A stretch of 64,000 bases of DNA, from positions 62,001-126,000 of the forward strand of contig JALMLS010000030.1 of NCBI GenBank assembly GCA_038496445.1, in the 5' to 3' direction. Source of the DNA: Trichosphaerium sp. ATCC 40318 (taxonomy: Eukaryota > Protista > Tubulinea). Below the pieces are notes generated by a model. The model was not told where the DNA came from. It did not search any database and saw only the letters and a program-made list of their open reading frames with translations. Numbering within the stretch: the stretch's first letter is position 1; each line of letters opens with the position of its first letter. This document shows, in pieces, positions 23,919 through 36,824 of the stretch. The translations under genes and the position numbers were made by a program.

Positions 23919-24183
23919 ATGTCAAGACTACTCCGAGCAGTGCGAAAGTACGCTCGTAAAAAATACAATTCTCTCCTGGGCAGACCATTAGTGATTAAAG
24001 TCACGGTCACAGTCCCTAAAAGCATCCTGGTTAACACCAGACCAAACTACACCTACGCTCTGACTTGGGACCCACAGGTAGAAGACCTCTACTACCCACC
24101 TACAGGCGTATCAAATATCATAATGATATCCAGCTATGACATTGATCTAGCAAAAATGGCATTCGAAGGCGGAAGCCCAAGAA

Positions 24184-24188
<5 letters not shown>
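23919..24188 (+). CDS. Intronless 89-aa ORF ending directly in a long poly(A) tract
   Basis: The TAA stop is formed by the first A's of A38-C-A12-C-A8 (24187-24246). Confidence 0.4.
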
Positions 24189-24225
<37 letters not shown>

Positions 24226-24881
24226 AAAAAAAAAAAACAAAAAAAATTTTGCTAGAAAATCCTGTACAACAACAAAGAGGTTGTTGCACCCTTTTATACG
24301 TAGGTTGAAATATGAATTTGAGTTTTGAATTGAGGGTGACAATGAACTGTGGCCACCATTTTTGTTTCAGTCAACTAGTTTATTTTGCATGCAATCTTGG
24401 ATGTCCAGTGACATGGCTTCTAACTAACTGAATTAAACTACTTGCGGTATTGATCACTTGATCTCTCCTTACCAGCTAAGCTTGACACATTCTACTCACT
24501 CACTGGCGCTGTCCCCATACTCTCAAAGCTTGTAACGCTGTTTCGGAATTGTACTTTTCAAGACGAATACAGTAGCAACCGATTACTTTGCTTATCTCTA
24601 GAACTGTTCCAAATAGGACTCTTTCCAACACCTAGAAATTAGTGTCTGAGTAAAGCGTCTGAATCTATGTTGTCAACTTCCGTCAATGGTACGATGATTA
24701 CTCACTACCAATAAAATGCATTCTTTAATGTGATTTCCATTGAAGTCATTATTCTTAATGTACAGTATCTTCTTTAAGAATTCAATGGCTAAAATTTGTT
24801 GTATCTCTTACATGCGTAGTAAAAAAAAGTATGATGTAATTATTTTATTGTACAGTTTGTTTTAAAGTATACATCATGTTA

Positions 24882-27296
24882 TTATGATAAACTTTCAGTT
24901 GCTTTTGTTGAGCTTGATACACTTATTGTCCTTGATAGTATTAAAGCAGGTATCATTAATGGTACAACAGCCATTGTTGTAACAACAAGAACACCACTTG
25001 TTACGATATAATACAGTTGATAGTAACGTTTATCAGGTAAACCAATAAGAAGAACAAAGAATAGGAGTGCTGTCACAAAAATCAGCGACCAGAGTGAAGA
25101 AGAACGTACACAAAATGAAAAAGAACATGCAAATCCAAAACGATAAGAAGTGGAAGAAAGGCTTGGTAAAAAGACAAAAAAAAAAAGGGAAAAAGTCACA
25201 TAATTCCTTTAAATGGTATGGTTCTCAGCAAGTTTGATTTTTTGGTTGGTAAAAGTAACTTCGGTGTGTTGATTAATACGTACCAAAGACTAGTGAGTTA
25301 TATACTGCCAAGTTGACATATTTTTGATCTATAGTTTTGAACTTTGAACTTAGCTTTCTTACTGTAAATGCTAGCCACCCAAATATCAACAGCAGTAACG
25401 TCTTGAATGTTGCAGATACAAAAGCAAAATATATATTCACAGTACATATACAATCAACAGTATCAAACCTACAAAGGAAAGAAGAACTTAGCATTTCTTA
25501 AAACAACAAAAAAAGAAAAAAAAGTCTTACATTGTTTTTACTTGCTTATGTACTGGCTTTGATGGAGCGAATATTTGCCAGAACGTCAAGAAAACAACGT
25601 CTACAGTAAGAAGAACAAGTACTATCCTTGCAAGAAAGACATCTCTGATAGCAAACACTTTAACAGTCTTATTGTTGAACAAAACTGAAAGTCTCCAAAT
25701 CTTTACCAAAGGACCAACAAAAGCCTTTTACTCTATTAGTCACGAAGAACACCCTCAATTTTTGAAAAAAATATGTGCACGTACTAAAGAAAATCCTATA
25801 CTCATAGTCCATATCCTCATACCACATGTAAATGATGTAGGTCTTCCAAGCCAGAAGAAAGTTGAAGATATAAAAATAGAAAATCCAGCAAGCGACAAAA
25901 CAGTGAACCAAAACCCCGCTTTCTTACGAATAATATGAGCACCACGTATGATAACAACATAAGTGAGTAGAACGATCAGTAGAAGTGTCATAAAAGAGGC
26001 GAATACAACAATCACATAAGTCCCAGGACTATCAAATACGACCCATTTCTAACACAAAGAAATTAGTAAAACAATTTAGATTCCAATGTAAATGCCTTCG
26101 TACTTGTATTTTAGGGGCAACAATATCGCAATTCTGTCCTTCCCAGCCAATATCGCATTGACATACAAAAGTAACATTGACAGCAACACAAGTACCCGAT
26201 TTTTGATCGCAACTTTTTAAGCATATTTCCTCATCGTCATCGAATACACCAACGTTGTCAAGCAGGGAAAATACAGCTCTATAATTCAAAGGAAATGTCC
26301 ATCTATCATATTTTCCATTTACAGCAGCTGTAGAGTTTGAAGGTATCTTGAAAAGCTGCGTGATCAACAACCTTAACAGATTTCAGTGAAATAATAAGTG
26401 TTAAGTTGGGTTACCTTATGTCAAGTCTTTCAAAGCCTCTACTCGTAACAGCGAAAGGCCATTCAGGGTAAAGTCTTGTAGTATGAGGGAATACAAAGTC
26501 AGAGGTTATTTCTTCAAAAATCTCGTATTCTTCGGCGTATTGAGGGAAGTCTTGGATGAATTTCTCAATTTGATCAGTACGTATAAATCCAACATCTGTC
26601 ACACCATCAAAAACGTTTTGAGTGATTTCATTTTGATTTGGAATGAAAGTCACGTTCAGTTTTGACGTATCAACTCCTCTCTCCTTCAAGTATCCTATCT
26701 GCATGAGGTAACCGCCAAGTCCAGTCGTACTAACGGCTTGAATACGAGAGTTTACAATATCATCAATAGTCGTAATATTATTTCTCTTTAACGTCAATAT
26801 AACTCCTCCAAACTGGTCCAACGCATAACCTTGGCGTAGATTTACCAGAGTAGCTATACGAGAAATAGAATAAGACGCCTACAGAAAATCCGTTAGTTTT
26901 TGATGAGTTGCATTTTATTTACCTCGAGGATGCTGTATTGGCCAGGGTTGGTTAAAACGAAATCTAGAACCCCATCTGCCACTGCTTCGCCGAGTTCTGT
27001 AAAGGGCAGGGCTGAAATTGAAAAAGTATGCGAAGCACCAAGGCTAGTTTCAGAGTTGTCTTGTAGGTACTGTGCTGTTGCTGTCCATTGCGCGATGGCG
27101 TTATCAACGCCTCTATTGGCTAGCACTCCTGTCAAAAAGTTAGTACCGCTTCTGCTGTTGTAAGAATACCAATAACGAAGTGCTCAGCACAAACTGATGT
27201 GAAGAATAGAGAAACAAGAACAACTCTACAAATTGTATAAGAACGTAAAATATTTTCTGTAGAGCAGCGCCACACTTACAGATTTCTGTAAGACAT
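24882..27296 (-). CDS. Class C-type GPCR with a PhnD/TtrS-like periplasmic-binding ectodomain and an EGF-like module
   Basis: Signal peptide MSYRNLVVLVSLFFTSVCA. Binding domain IGVLANRG..QW..LDFVLTNPGQY..FGGVI..GGYL..DVGFIRTD..TRLYPEWPFA..WTFPLNY. EGF CQCDIGWEGQNC. 7TM motifs TCGMRIW, VKIWRLSVLF, AFTVRKL. Confidence 0.85.
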
Positions 27297-27704
27297 GCGT
27301 CCGCGTATGAAGTTTTGTATCAACATTTGACGTTTTAAAAAACGACCAAGTAAAGACTCACAAATAGTCCGAGGTTAGTATGCGCAGTAGCTGTTTTCTT
27401 TATAAGCTGGTACATAATCTGTACAAAACCTTGTTTTCAGACAAACAAAAATAGAAACAATCTACGCGTTTGATTAAAAAAGTTGTAAATGGCATTACTA
27501 CGCGTTTTCTGCTTAATGGTTGTCTTTTTAATTATTAGCCCGAAACGTTCAAAAAAGATTTTCATCGTTTTTAGTTTAAAAACGCCAACGTGTCTAAATC
27601 GCTACCTCGTACGTATTGTAGTTTTTTGCCAATGTAGTTTGTCACTGTGCAGTATTTCTAGTTGAATACCGGAACACACGCCACCGCCACGCCAATAAAT
27701 ACCA

Positions 27705-30474
27705 CTAAGCCACATGTATGGTGTTTGCGGGTGTTTTCAAGCTATTTTCCGAAAAAATAACATTTGCCATCATGGAGCTACCGTCTAATTCTTCGTCCAA
27801 ACTACATACAGTTTGCATCCCTTTCTTGTTAGCTGACATGTACATGAAATTCTCTGTTCGTGTCAGCGTTCATCAGGTTGCTGACAACGCCTGTATGATG
27901 ATTAAACCACGTTTGTAGACTGCAAAAATAAGTAAGCATACCCACAGGTCCTTGTAAAGGTTGTTCCAGCAAGGGACGACCTCCACTACTGATATCCAAC
28001 TGCAAATCAGGCCTAAAATAAGTTTTTGTCAAACAAAAGAATATCAAGTTCCTTGACGCACCTGTAGTGTTTAATTGTAGCAGCAACTGTTTTGATATCT
28101 CCCGGAGTCCACCAATAAGGTATAGGTACTAATGAGATGCCTAAGAATACAATTTAACCACGGCGCTCATTGTTTAAAATAGACCTCACCTTGTGCATTA
28201 CAGTGTTCTGTCTTCTCTAAATCTCTTCCTTCTTGTACAGACGCGGATCCATAACGTTGAGGAGCATCTTGGTAATGATGTACGCCTTGGTATTCAATAG
28301 CCATATTTAGAGCTGGTACGTAAATATCAAAAGTAATTATTCCTTTAGATCTTGTTTTCATCCCACTCGTGTACTCTTCCATTATATCGTATGTAGGTAA
28401 TAATTCATGTACAGTATAGAGTAAAGCCCTGGCAACAATATTAGAGTAATTATATAGGTTGAAGGCGATAAGGAAGGAAGAGAAATACCTTTGGATGGCG
28501 CATCTTTTTTGATGTGTAAAAGTTGTTGTGTTGAAGATATGTTTCGGATGTATCTGGTTCAACGCTTGTGGCCAATAACGTGATAGGCCTGTACCACCCA
28601 GTAGCCTTATTTGTGCTAAAGATACTCTGTACCAGTCATACGGGTTTTTTATATTCAGTTTAACAGCTGCTTTGTCAAGGAAAGCTCTGACATTATTTTG
28701 TTTTTGCCAGTGCCCTGTTTTTTTCCTTGGTTCAACTGATTTGTCCATCCATGCGAAATTACGGAATTTTTTATAATCCCAAGTGTAATCACTATACATT
28801 CCCAAAATCGTTTTGCGAAGAGAGCCAAAATGACTAGAGAGAATAAGTGAGAAAAAAGAAGGAATATACAACTGACAAAAGGAGTGTTCTTTTTTTGGAC
28901 AAAGTTGACGTACTATACAAGTCCAGCACCTCCCAAACTGTATACTTTCTCTGTAGTGACTTGATACCAATCTTCTATTGAAGTGATGGCCAACTGATTT
29001 TCAAGCTAGAATAGAGGTCAACACGAAAAAAGATATTGCAAGCATTACATCTCTAAATATTTGTTGTCTGTTTGACTCGTTATGAAAAAACTTGGCAGGA
29101 CGTGTTGCTATGATAATGTTAGTTCTATACTACGCACAAAGTATTACACATACAAAGTGAGTCTCTAAATTTAGATTGTTCCCAGTTGTATTGAGGTAAC
29201 AGTTGTGTTAATAGTCTATGTAACTGAAATCCATAGTAACTATTTTTATGAAAATGTAAGTTTGCCTAAACTTTTTCAATTGAAGTGTGCGCACTTTAGT
29301 AATCCTCCACCACCCTTTTTTCGAATGTAAGCATGTGTTAAATCATACCAAGATTCCCATGAGTCCAATTCCCCGTGTATCTAAAGAGAGATAAATATTT
29401 CGGACTGCAACAAAAGCAATTACTTTGTTAACAAATTCTAAGCGATTTTTAACATCATGCCAATGCTGTCTTGGTGATCGACCTACAACACTTGTTATTA
29501 CCACCTAACGTACTTATTTACATTATTACCTGATGTGAGATTTCCTTGCCAATGGTGATCAGGATATACCTCTATCAAAAGAGCAAGTATTGAACCAGTA
29601 GCACTACAAACCAAATACAGATTAAAAAAAAACCAAACCTGAAATACTTTCGCACGTGAATAAACTACGACTTCCAACTTGACATATTTCTTTCTCTGTG
29701 ACGTCATACCAATCTTCCATATTCTTCAAGTTTAGTAGCACTTCAGCCTTGAAAGCAATGTCAAAAAACAAAACCGAACCTTTTTTTCAAAATACCATCA
29801 GAACAAGCCTCTCCTGAGCGTTTCGTGATTGGAATATAGCAGGATTACAACCTATGCGTATTTAGCACACTACAGTGTATTGATAGGTGGACTTACTGAA
29901 CCTGCTTGCCGACCACGTTTCAAGCGGGTAGCAATTTCTAACCATTTTGAATAAACTACCGTTATTTTCTCTATGACAAGAGTAACTAGCGTATTGCGTA
30001 TGAAATGGGCTCACTTTACGATGCTCAATGTAGAAAATCGTTCCAGGTCCTCGTTAGTGCGTTTATACCAGTCAAAAGGCGTTTTTATGCGTAAACGGTG
30101 TTCTATCTTGTCTTTTGTTAAAAAACGCTTTGTTTTCATGCGTACCTGCTGCAACTCGCTTTCCTTTGTACCGTATTTACGTTTTGCATGTTTTGGAGCA
30201 TTTTTGCGACCTTGGTGCCATTTCGTGCTTCTAACGCACGAGCAGTACTTGGTTCGCATGCTACAGTCCAACAACAGTTGTAACAGCAATAATCTATTCC
30301 AATTAATGCAACACGTGCTGGTCCAGGTTTTGCTTGGTCAAAAGCCTTCCGGAGCGATTCACGTGGAAAGAAATACTGATATAAAAGATGCCTATTGTAC
30401 AAAAGAGTGGCGACTCACGCTAGGTTCTTACTACTTCCGCTGAGTACGACAGGTTGTCTAACAACGATAAACAT
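27705..30474 (-). CDS. Helical-repeat protein (W..N.R.F....L.I....DWY..GG.GL repeats) with a C-terminal PD-(D/E)xK/Vsr-like endonuclease-fold domain
   Basis: Repeats GHWQKQNNVRAFLDKAAVKLNIKNPYDWYRVS..GGTGL and KTPFDWY. Nuclease-like FDIYVPALNMAIEYQGVHHY..RDLEKTEHCNAQGISLVPIPYWW. Both ends uncertain. Confidence 0.7.
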
Positions 30475-30492
30475 TAAATGGATTTACTTGTG

Positions 30493-32014
30493 TCATTTAT
30501 ACAGAATGAGTTCGTAAGCGAATCCAATAGCTAGTTTGACAAACTGTTCAACATGATCGTATGCTAAAAATTGTGTTATTTTCAACATTGTATGGCATTG
30601 GTTTGCACGTACAAATAAGGTCTTCTGTGTCTTTGTTTGTTAATGTAAATGGATTTCTTTCTTCGTATGGACCCTCAAAAGGATAAGCAGTCGCATAACC
30701 TTCCTACAAATCACGTGTTATTTATTTTTGTAGATGTATGAGGAAAGAAGGAGGTACCAAGAACCAGTTCACATGAGAAGAGCATTGCGTATTACACGCT
30801 GAATCTACTCGAGGAATATCACAGTAAGTGTCTATCATTAACTTGGTGAATTGTGTAAGCTCAGGGTTAGTATAATCGGACATCACACCCATGACAGCTA
30901 GAAGAAAAACCGAGTTTAGAATTGACAACTTTAACATAAAAATAAAACACGTGTTACGTTCAGTTCTCTCAGTGTATCCAATCATATCAAACATAATCAT
31001 TGCATATACATCCACACCACGACTCTTATAATCAGCTGCTATTTCTATAAGAAATAATGTTAACTATTTGATAGAAAATCAACCTAGGGAGTGTATACCT
31101 CTGCTTCCTTGAAGACGAACATCTTCTGCTGCATACATATGAAATTCTATTGATCTTCTTTCATCAGTATTACCGTTTGTTGCATCGATTATTAAGCGGT
31201 ATGCCTTAGCGTGTGAGAACTTTTAAACGTTTGTAGGAATACCTCTAATAGAGCAGCCATACCAGATGCATCACTATCAGCTCCAGGAGCTCTGTCATTT
31301 ACAGAACAAAATCCGCACTAAAGTATGTAATTAAACATTACAGTTTGGCAATAAAGAGTGTACCGAGCTATCAATATGTGCTCCGAGAATGACAACTTCT
31401 CTAGCTAACTCCCCTACGCCCTCTATTCTGAAGAACGTATAAGTGAAGTAGAACGTGAAAACAAAAAACCCAATACGTGCCTTGCAATAGCAGATGGTTG
31501 CGGCCAAGAGTGCACTACAACTCTGACCTAAAAAAATATAAAAGATAAACAATCACGCGTTTATTTTCGCTTACCGACATATCTTGGTTTAATCTTTCGC
31601 CTGCCATTTCTCTTAGCGTTTCTATACCCCAACTAGAAGCGTATTCACCATATTGACTGAGATAATACCTTTTGGGAAGAGCCACATGTCAGTTTTTGTT
31701 TTGTTTCTTAACTTTCCGCAAACATTTCAGTCCGTTAATTCGTACCGTGTTTGTATGCCTGTCAAAAACTTCAAATGGTACTCAAGGTTATTAATATCAA
31801 CCTTTTGAGTTAATTCCTTAACTTCGGTTTCATAGCTAGGCGACAAAGGAAAAACGGCTACAACAATGACGTTATTACGTAGAAAAGTCCGAAGAGACAC
31901 GTGTGGCACGTTTTTTTTAAAAAAGGTACCTTTCGCTTGTGGTATTTGGAAGCATCTTGTAATAACCAGAAAGTAGCAAAAAGCTATGAATGCAGCTGAA
32001 GAAATACTTGCCAT
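30493..32014 (-). CDS. M28-family leucyl aminopeptidase homologue, secreted, probably catalytically impaired
   Basis: GAHIDS, APGADSDASG, YAAEDVRLQGS, FDMIGY, CSSHVNW, NPFTLT, plus an N-terminal hydrophobic leader. Confidence 0.85.
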
Positions 32015-32185
32015 AACACCTACGAGGTTTAAAAAAAAACTGTACTCTAGTTAAGCAATAAGGTTTAAGGCATGCGCTTGTGTCGTTAATAAAAAACATC
32101 CAAAACAAGTGTCACAATTTCAACCTGACTGGAAATATTCCTAAACGCTACTGGTATGAATGTATTGGATGTAATGTATAAAGAC

Positions 32186-33408
32186 TCAAACACATGGGCA
32201 TGTGTACAAAAGAAAAGTGAAGTGTTTATTTATGTCTACTTCTTCAACATCAAAAATAGTATCAAGGTCAAAAACAAGTCTTGGTTCGAAGCATCCACCA
32301 TCAGCTGCAGTATATATAATATACTGCAATACTTCAGGTGGAATATAAGGATTGATACAACGTTTAATACAAAGCATAAGGCAAAAAACTTGATCTCTAA
32401 AACACTTTGGAAAATATTGATGTAAGCTGGGATGCCATCGTTCGTTTAAAGCCAATTTCATGAGTTTCTTTAGGTCACCCTCATCTGTTGCAAGGTGATC
32501 ATCAATTAGGTCCTTACAACTACCTCCTTCAATACCATAAGAACAAGGTATTGTTAACTCTGCATTGAACATACGAAGAATCACAACTGTCCTGATATCT
32601 TCTAATTCAATAGCTAAATGCATGGGCGTAGCAGAATCAGTAATTACACCTCCAGGAGACATAATATACTTCTTCTTCTTGTTAACATCTGCTCCATAAT
32701 AGAGCAACAACATTAGCGTCACTTCATTAAACTCCATTTCTTCAATCATGTGATGTAATGCCGTATAATGGTATGTTTGATCTTGTGTGCCATATGCACC
32801 TGAGAAAGTGCACTTGTTATAAACATTAGGATCAGCAGATGCGTTTAATAGTATTTGAACTACTCTCGGATTTGATAGAGCGCTTGTAAGCAAAGTCACT
32901 GTGGTTGAGGACCTACTCTGCCTTGCATATCCTACTTCTTCTGCAGAGGTATTTGTGTTACCACCCTTTGATAAAGCGAGTTTTAAGAGGTTGTAGTACT
33001 CTTTTGTAGGAGTTTGGAGTGTTAGAAGCACAATTTCATGGAGCGCTGTTTTTAATATGAACGCTGCTTCTCTATTGCCGTTACGGTAACAACCATTGAC
33101 ATTTGAACCATATTCCAGGAGCAATGAAGCTAGTTTTATGTTGGGTATCTTTGTTTTGGCTAAATTTGTACGCAACGGTATGTGTATAAGGGTGTAGCTA
33201 TATTTTCTTATAAGTTGTGTGTTTTAGATGATATTTTTTGTTTTAGATATTTAGATGTTGTTTTGGTGTACCTCCTAGCGTTGCTAGTATCCTCAATAGT
33301 TTCGTTTGGATTCGCACCATGTTTTAGTAGATTTTCAACAGCTTCAATGTCATCTGCAAGCACAGCTTTATGTAGTTCTGAATAAGGTATATCTTCGAAC
33401 CAGGACAT
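32186..33408 (-). CDS. Ankyrin-repeat protein with a C-terminal F-box/SOCS-like motif
   Basis: LHKAVLADDIEAVENLLKHGANPN, LLLYYGADVN, TPMHLAI. Tail WHPSLHQYFPKCFRDQVFCLML..IPPEVLQYII. One intron. Confidence 0.85.
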
Positions 33409-33599
33409 GTGGTTTAAACAAGAAAATTGCTGCAGAATTGTTCTCTGAAACAAACTTAAACAGTAGTCAACTGTGTTCTCACTCAAAGTGTCAGAATTAC
33501 AATGTGCTCAATGGATTTGTTTGCTGACAATCTCCCTTGAAATAAGGAACTTACTTGGAGTAAGTACCAAGTGAGTTGCGTTTCAGTTTGACAATAGTT

Positions 33600-34887
33600 T
33601 TATTGTAGTACACCTTTGTTGAATACACCTCTTATTTTAACTTTACCATTCTCTCTCCACTGTATACAAGGTCCATGTCTCACTCCTTGTTTATAGTTTA
33701 TCTTCATTCTCTTTTTTCCATTTGGATAATACCATATAGATTCACCATGCTTTATAATAGTGTGTCTATTAATAATTGAACGAACTGAGCGCATTATTTT
33801 ACCATCACTCTTTCTTGTATTTGTATACTTGGTGTACATTGTTGAGTCTGTATAATTATGATTGTATTCAACCTTGAAATTTTCTCTTTCTATTGTTATT
33901 GGGCCTGAACAGTAAGGTATTTGCTTCAACTCTTCTCCTTCAAAGTGTAAAGCTGCTAAATCACTTTGTCCTATTTCAAATATTACCCAATCTTTGTCTT
34001 TAGAACCATAAACAATACCAATACTTATCTTTGTGAACCTGATGCTATAGCCAAAATAACCTTGTCCACATTTTGTGTTGTTGCAATAAGCAACAAATTG
34101 TTGCCGTCTCGATCCAGGATTGTATTGTTCAATATTACAAACAATTGGTCCTGATATCCTTGGTGAATCATATTTAATTGTGGCACTTGAAAGAACTCCA
34201 TTTTTAATGGTATTCGAGACATTATAGGAGTAACACTTTGTGTGGTATATTCCATCAAGTAAAATACCATGTTCAAACATCAAAGCAGTCATTTCTTCTT
34301 TTGTATCAACATCAAACACCCGCAAGTTCCCATGTGGGTTTCCATGAATGAATTTACATTCACCTACGCTATACTCACTTTCGACATGTAAGTATGTGTT
34401 GGTCCTTATTTGATTCAACAGTTTTTTTAAAGCGTCCATTGGGAAACGAAAAAAACCGTGCCACTTCAAAGAAGTATCATACTTTGAGCATGTTGCAAAA
34501 TTGTAGTTCAAACAAGGCCACGTTTTTTCTACATCTGTACCAATTGATAAATCGTGGATGCACTTTAATACCTCACAAGGGACATCATTAATATCAGTAC
34601 CCCTTTTTTTTTTATCTAGTTCTTGTTCTTGTTTTTTTCTTGCTTCCTCTTTTTGTTGGTGTTGAAGTTCTTTAATAACCTTAAGTTTAATGGTATGTAT
34701 TTCCTCTTCTTCTTTGTGTTGTCTTTGAAGCTGGGTAATAACCATATATTTAATGGTTTGTATTTCAAGCTCTTTCTGTACTTGTTTTCTTTTTGCTCTT
34801 TCTGCTTTGCGGCGTAGAATTTGCCTTTTTTTCCTCCTATTATAGAATGTCAGTAAAGTTTTCGTAATGGTTTCACTCCAACTCCAT
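33600..34887 (-). CDS. Coiled coil, F-box-like motif and MORN-variant (MORN2/YwqK-like) repeat protein
   Basis: INDVPCEVLKCI..KTWPCL; KHGESIWYYPNGKKRMKINYKQGVRHGPCIQWRENG. Short first exon MEL inferred. Confidence 0.75.
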
Positions 34888-35722
34888 ACTATGACGTAGT
34901 ACTAACTTTTTCATAGCACGGTGAAAGTCACGCTACTTCACAACCCTGTGAAATCAGAAGTTCGTTTTTTTAAACCGCCAAAATTGCTTGTTGGATTTAG
35001 TACCTTTGGCGTCCAGAGATTGGTTTTGGTATTGTAGGTTGCTTATTCTTTTTGGATATTTTCCAGTACCCGACACAGAGTATTGTGATGGCTATCATAA
35101 CACTAGTTATACCCGAAGGAGTTATTAGTTGTAAGCTGAGTGGCAACATTGTAGTGACGAACAAATAAGATATTAAGTTCAGCTGAACTAAAAAATCGCC
35201 ACGTCACTAATACGAGACATACCACAGGAAGTGTTGTGATTTGATATATGTGCATATCAAACTATGGTTCAAACAATGTTTGTTTGCCTTTTTACTATCC
35301 ACTGTGGTTAATAGTGGCTACTGGTTTTTCAGATAATTCAACAACAATGGCGATTCTATCAACAGCATCACAGTTTCAGTAGAAAGGTTGATTGTTGGTA
35401 TTTGAGAGACGCCACATGCAAGTATCGCAAGGCACATAAATAGCAGTGTTCATTTAGGGGTTGTTCTTGGAGGTTGTTGCTTGAGTTGGATAATGGCTAT
35501 GTAGCACAAATTTTTGAAACGCTGAGCACGTGACGTTACCGTCGCTTTCAAGATAAGTAGCAGTAGTTTTAGTGCGTTTCTAGTGTGGCATGTTGGCTGT
35601 ACCATGCGCTGGGGCTGAGAGGTACACGAATTACGTTGTTTTTTGCTAAATTCTCAGCTGAGTTTCTGTGAAACGGCGTCAGTTTACATCCATTAAAATT
35701 AAAACTATTCATACTTTACATC

Positions 35723-36328
35723 ATGGGTGGCGTAGTAGCAAAGGTTAAGTGGCTTTTAGGGATGGCTCCATTGGAATGTCGTATTCTAATGTTAGGACTA
35801 GACAATGCAGGTGATGTTGATCTTAAGACGTTTTAAAAGGCTCATATAGAACTTTTAGGTAAAACTACCATCCTTTACAGGTTAAAACTCGGAAAAGTCG
35901 TTACAACAATACCCAGCATCGGTTTTAACGTAGAAACGGTAGAATACAATAAAATAAACTTTACCATGTGGGATATTGGAGGACGAGACAAATCACGTTC
36001 ATTATGGCGTCACTACTACGCTAACACAAGCGCTATAATATACGTTATCAATTCTGCTGATTCAGATCGTATTGAAGAGTCAAGAGAAGCAATAGCCACT
36101 TTATTTACCGAAGATGAACTACAAGACGCTGTATTACTTGTTCTCGCTAACAAGCAAGATCTACAAAATGCAATGAGTACCTCAGAAATAGTGGACAAAC
36201 TCGGACTTAAGCTTTTCCGCAACAGGAAGTGGTTTATTCAAGCCACTTGTGCAATAACTGGTGATGGGCTATACGAGGGATTGGAGTGGCTAAATAACGA
36301 ACTACGGAAACCTCTCCAAAACAATTAA
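35723..36328 (+). CDS. ARF: ARF-family small GTPase (divergent, Q71R)
   Basis: MG start, GLDNAG|KTT (intron 35811-35858), [24 protein letters not shown]. Confidence 0.95.
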
Positions 36329-36824
36329 AAAATGCAACATTTTTCAAATTGGAAAGACACAAGAAGTACTATTACCACCTACAAGATTCATTTATGTAAT
36401 GATAACCTGCACATTTACTGAGATATAATAAATTAGACTTAACAACTTGTATCAACACTTTTTGTCGTAGCAGTATAATGTCATTATTGTAAAAGAGTTG
36501 CACAATGGTTTTGAACTAAAAATAAAAAAGTGTGACTTTTTGAATTATTGTGGGACAATTGAGGAGCGTATTTGTAGTGTAAATCAGCTCTTTCAATCGG
36601 AATCCCGAGCAAGTGACTGTGGAGCAACTGTACATGAACCAACCTGTAACTCTGGATGATTCATGTACAATTTAAGGTGTAGCACATGCACGTTCTCGTT
36701 AAGCTTTCCCTACAAAACAAAAGAGATAATAGCTGGGTTGCTTCAATAATTGGTATGTAATGATTATAATTTTATTAGGAAGGCGGTCTATGTACACAAG
36801 TGTGAAATTACTGTAATTTCTTTA

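Noticed and set aside
34900-35700. Possible gene between the MORN gene and ARF
   Set aside because: All frames I tried close quickly and there is no consistent exon chain.
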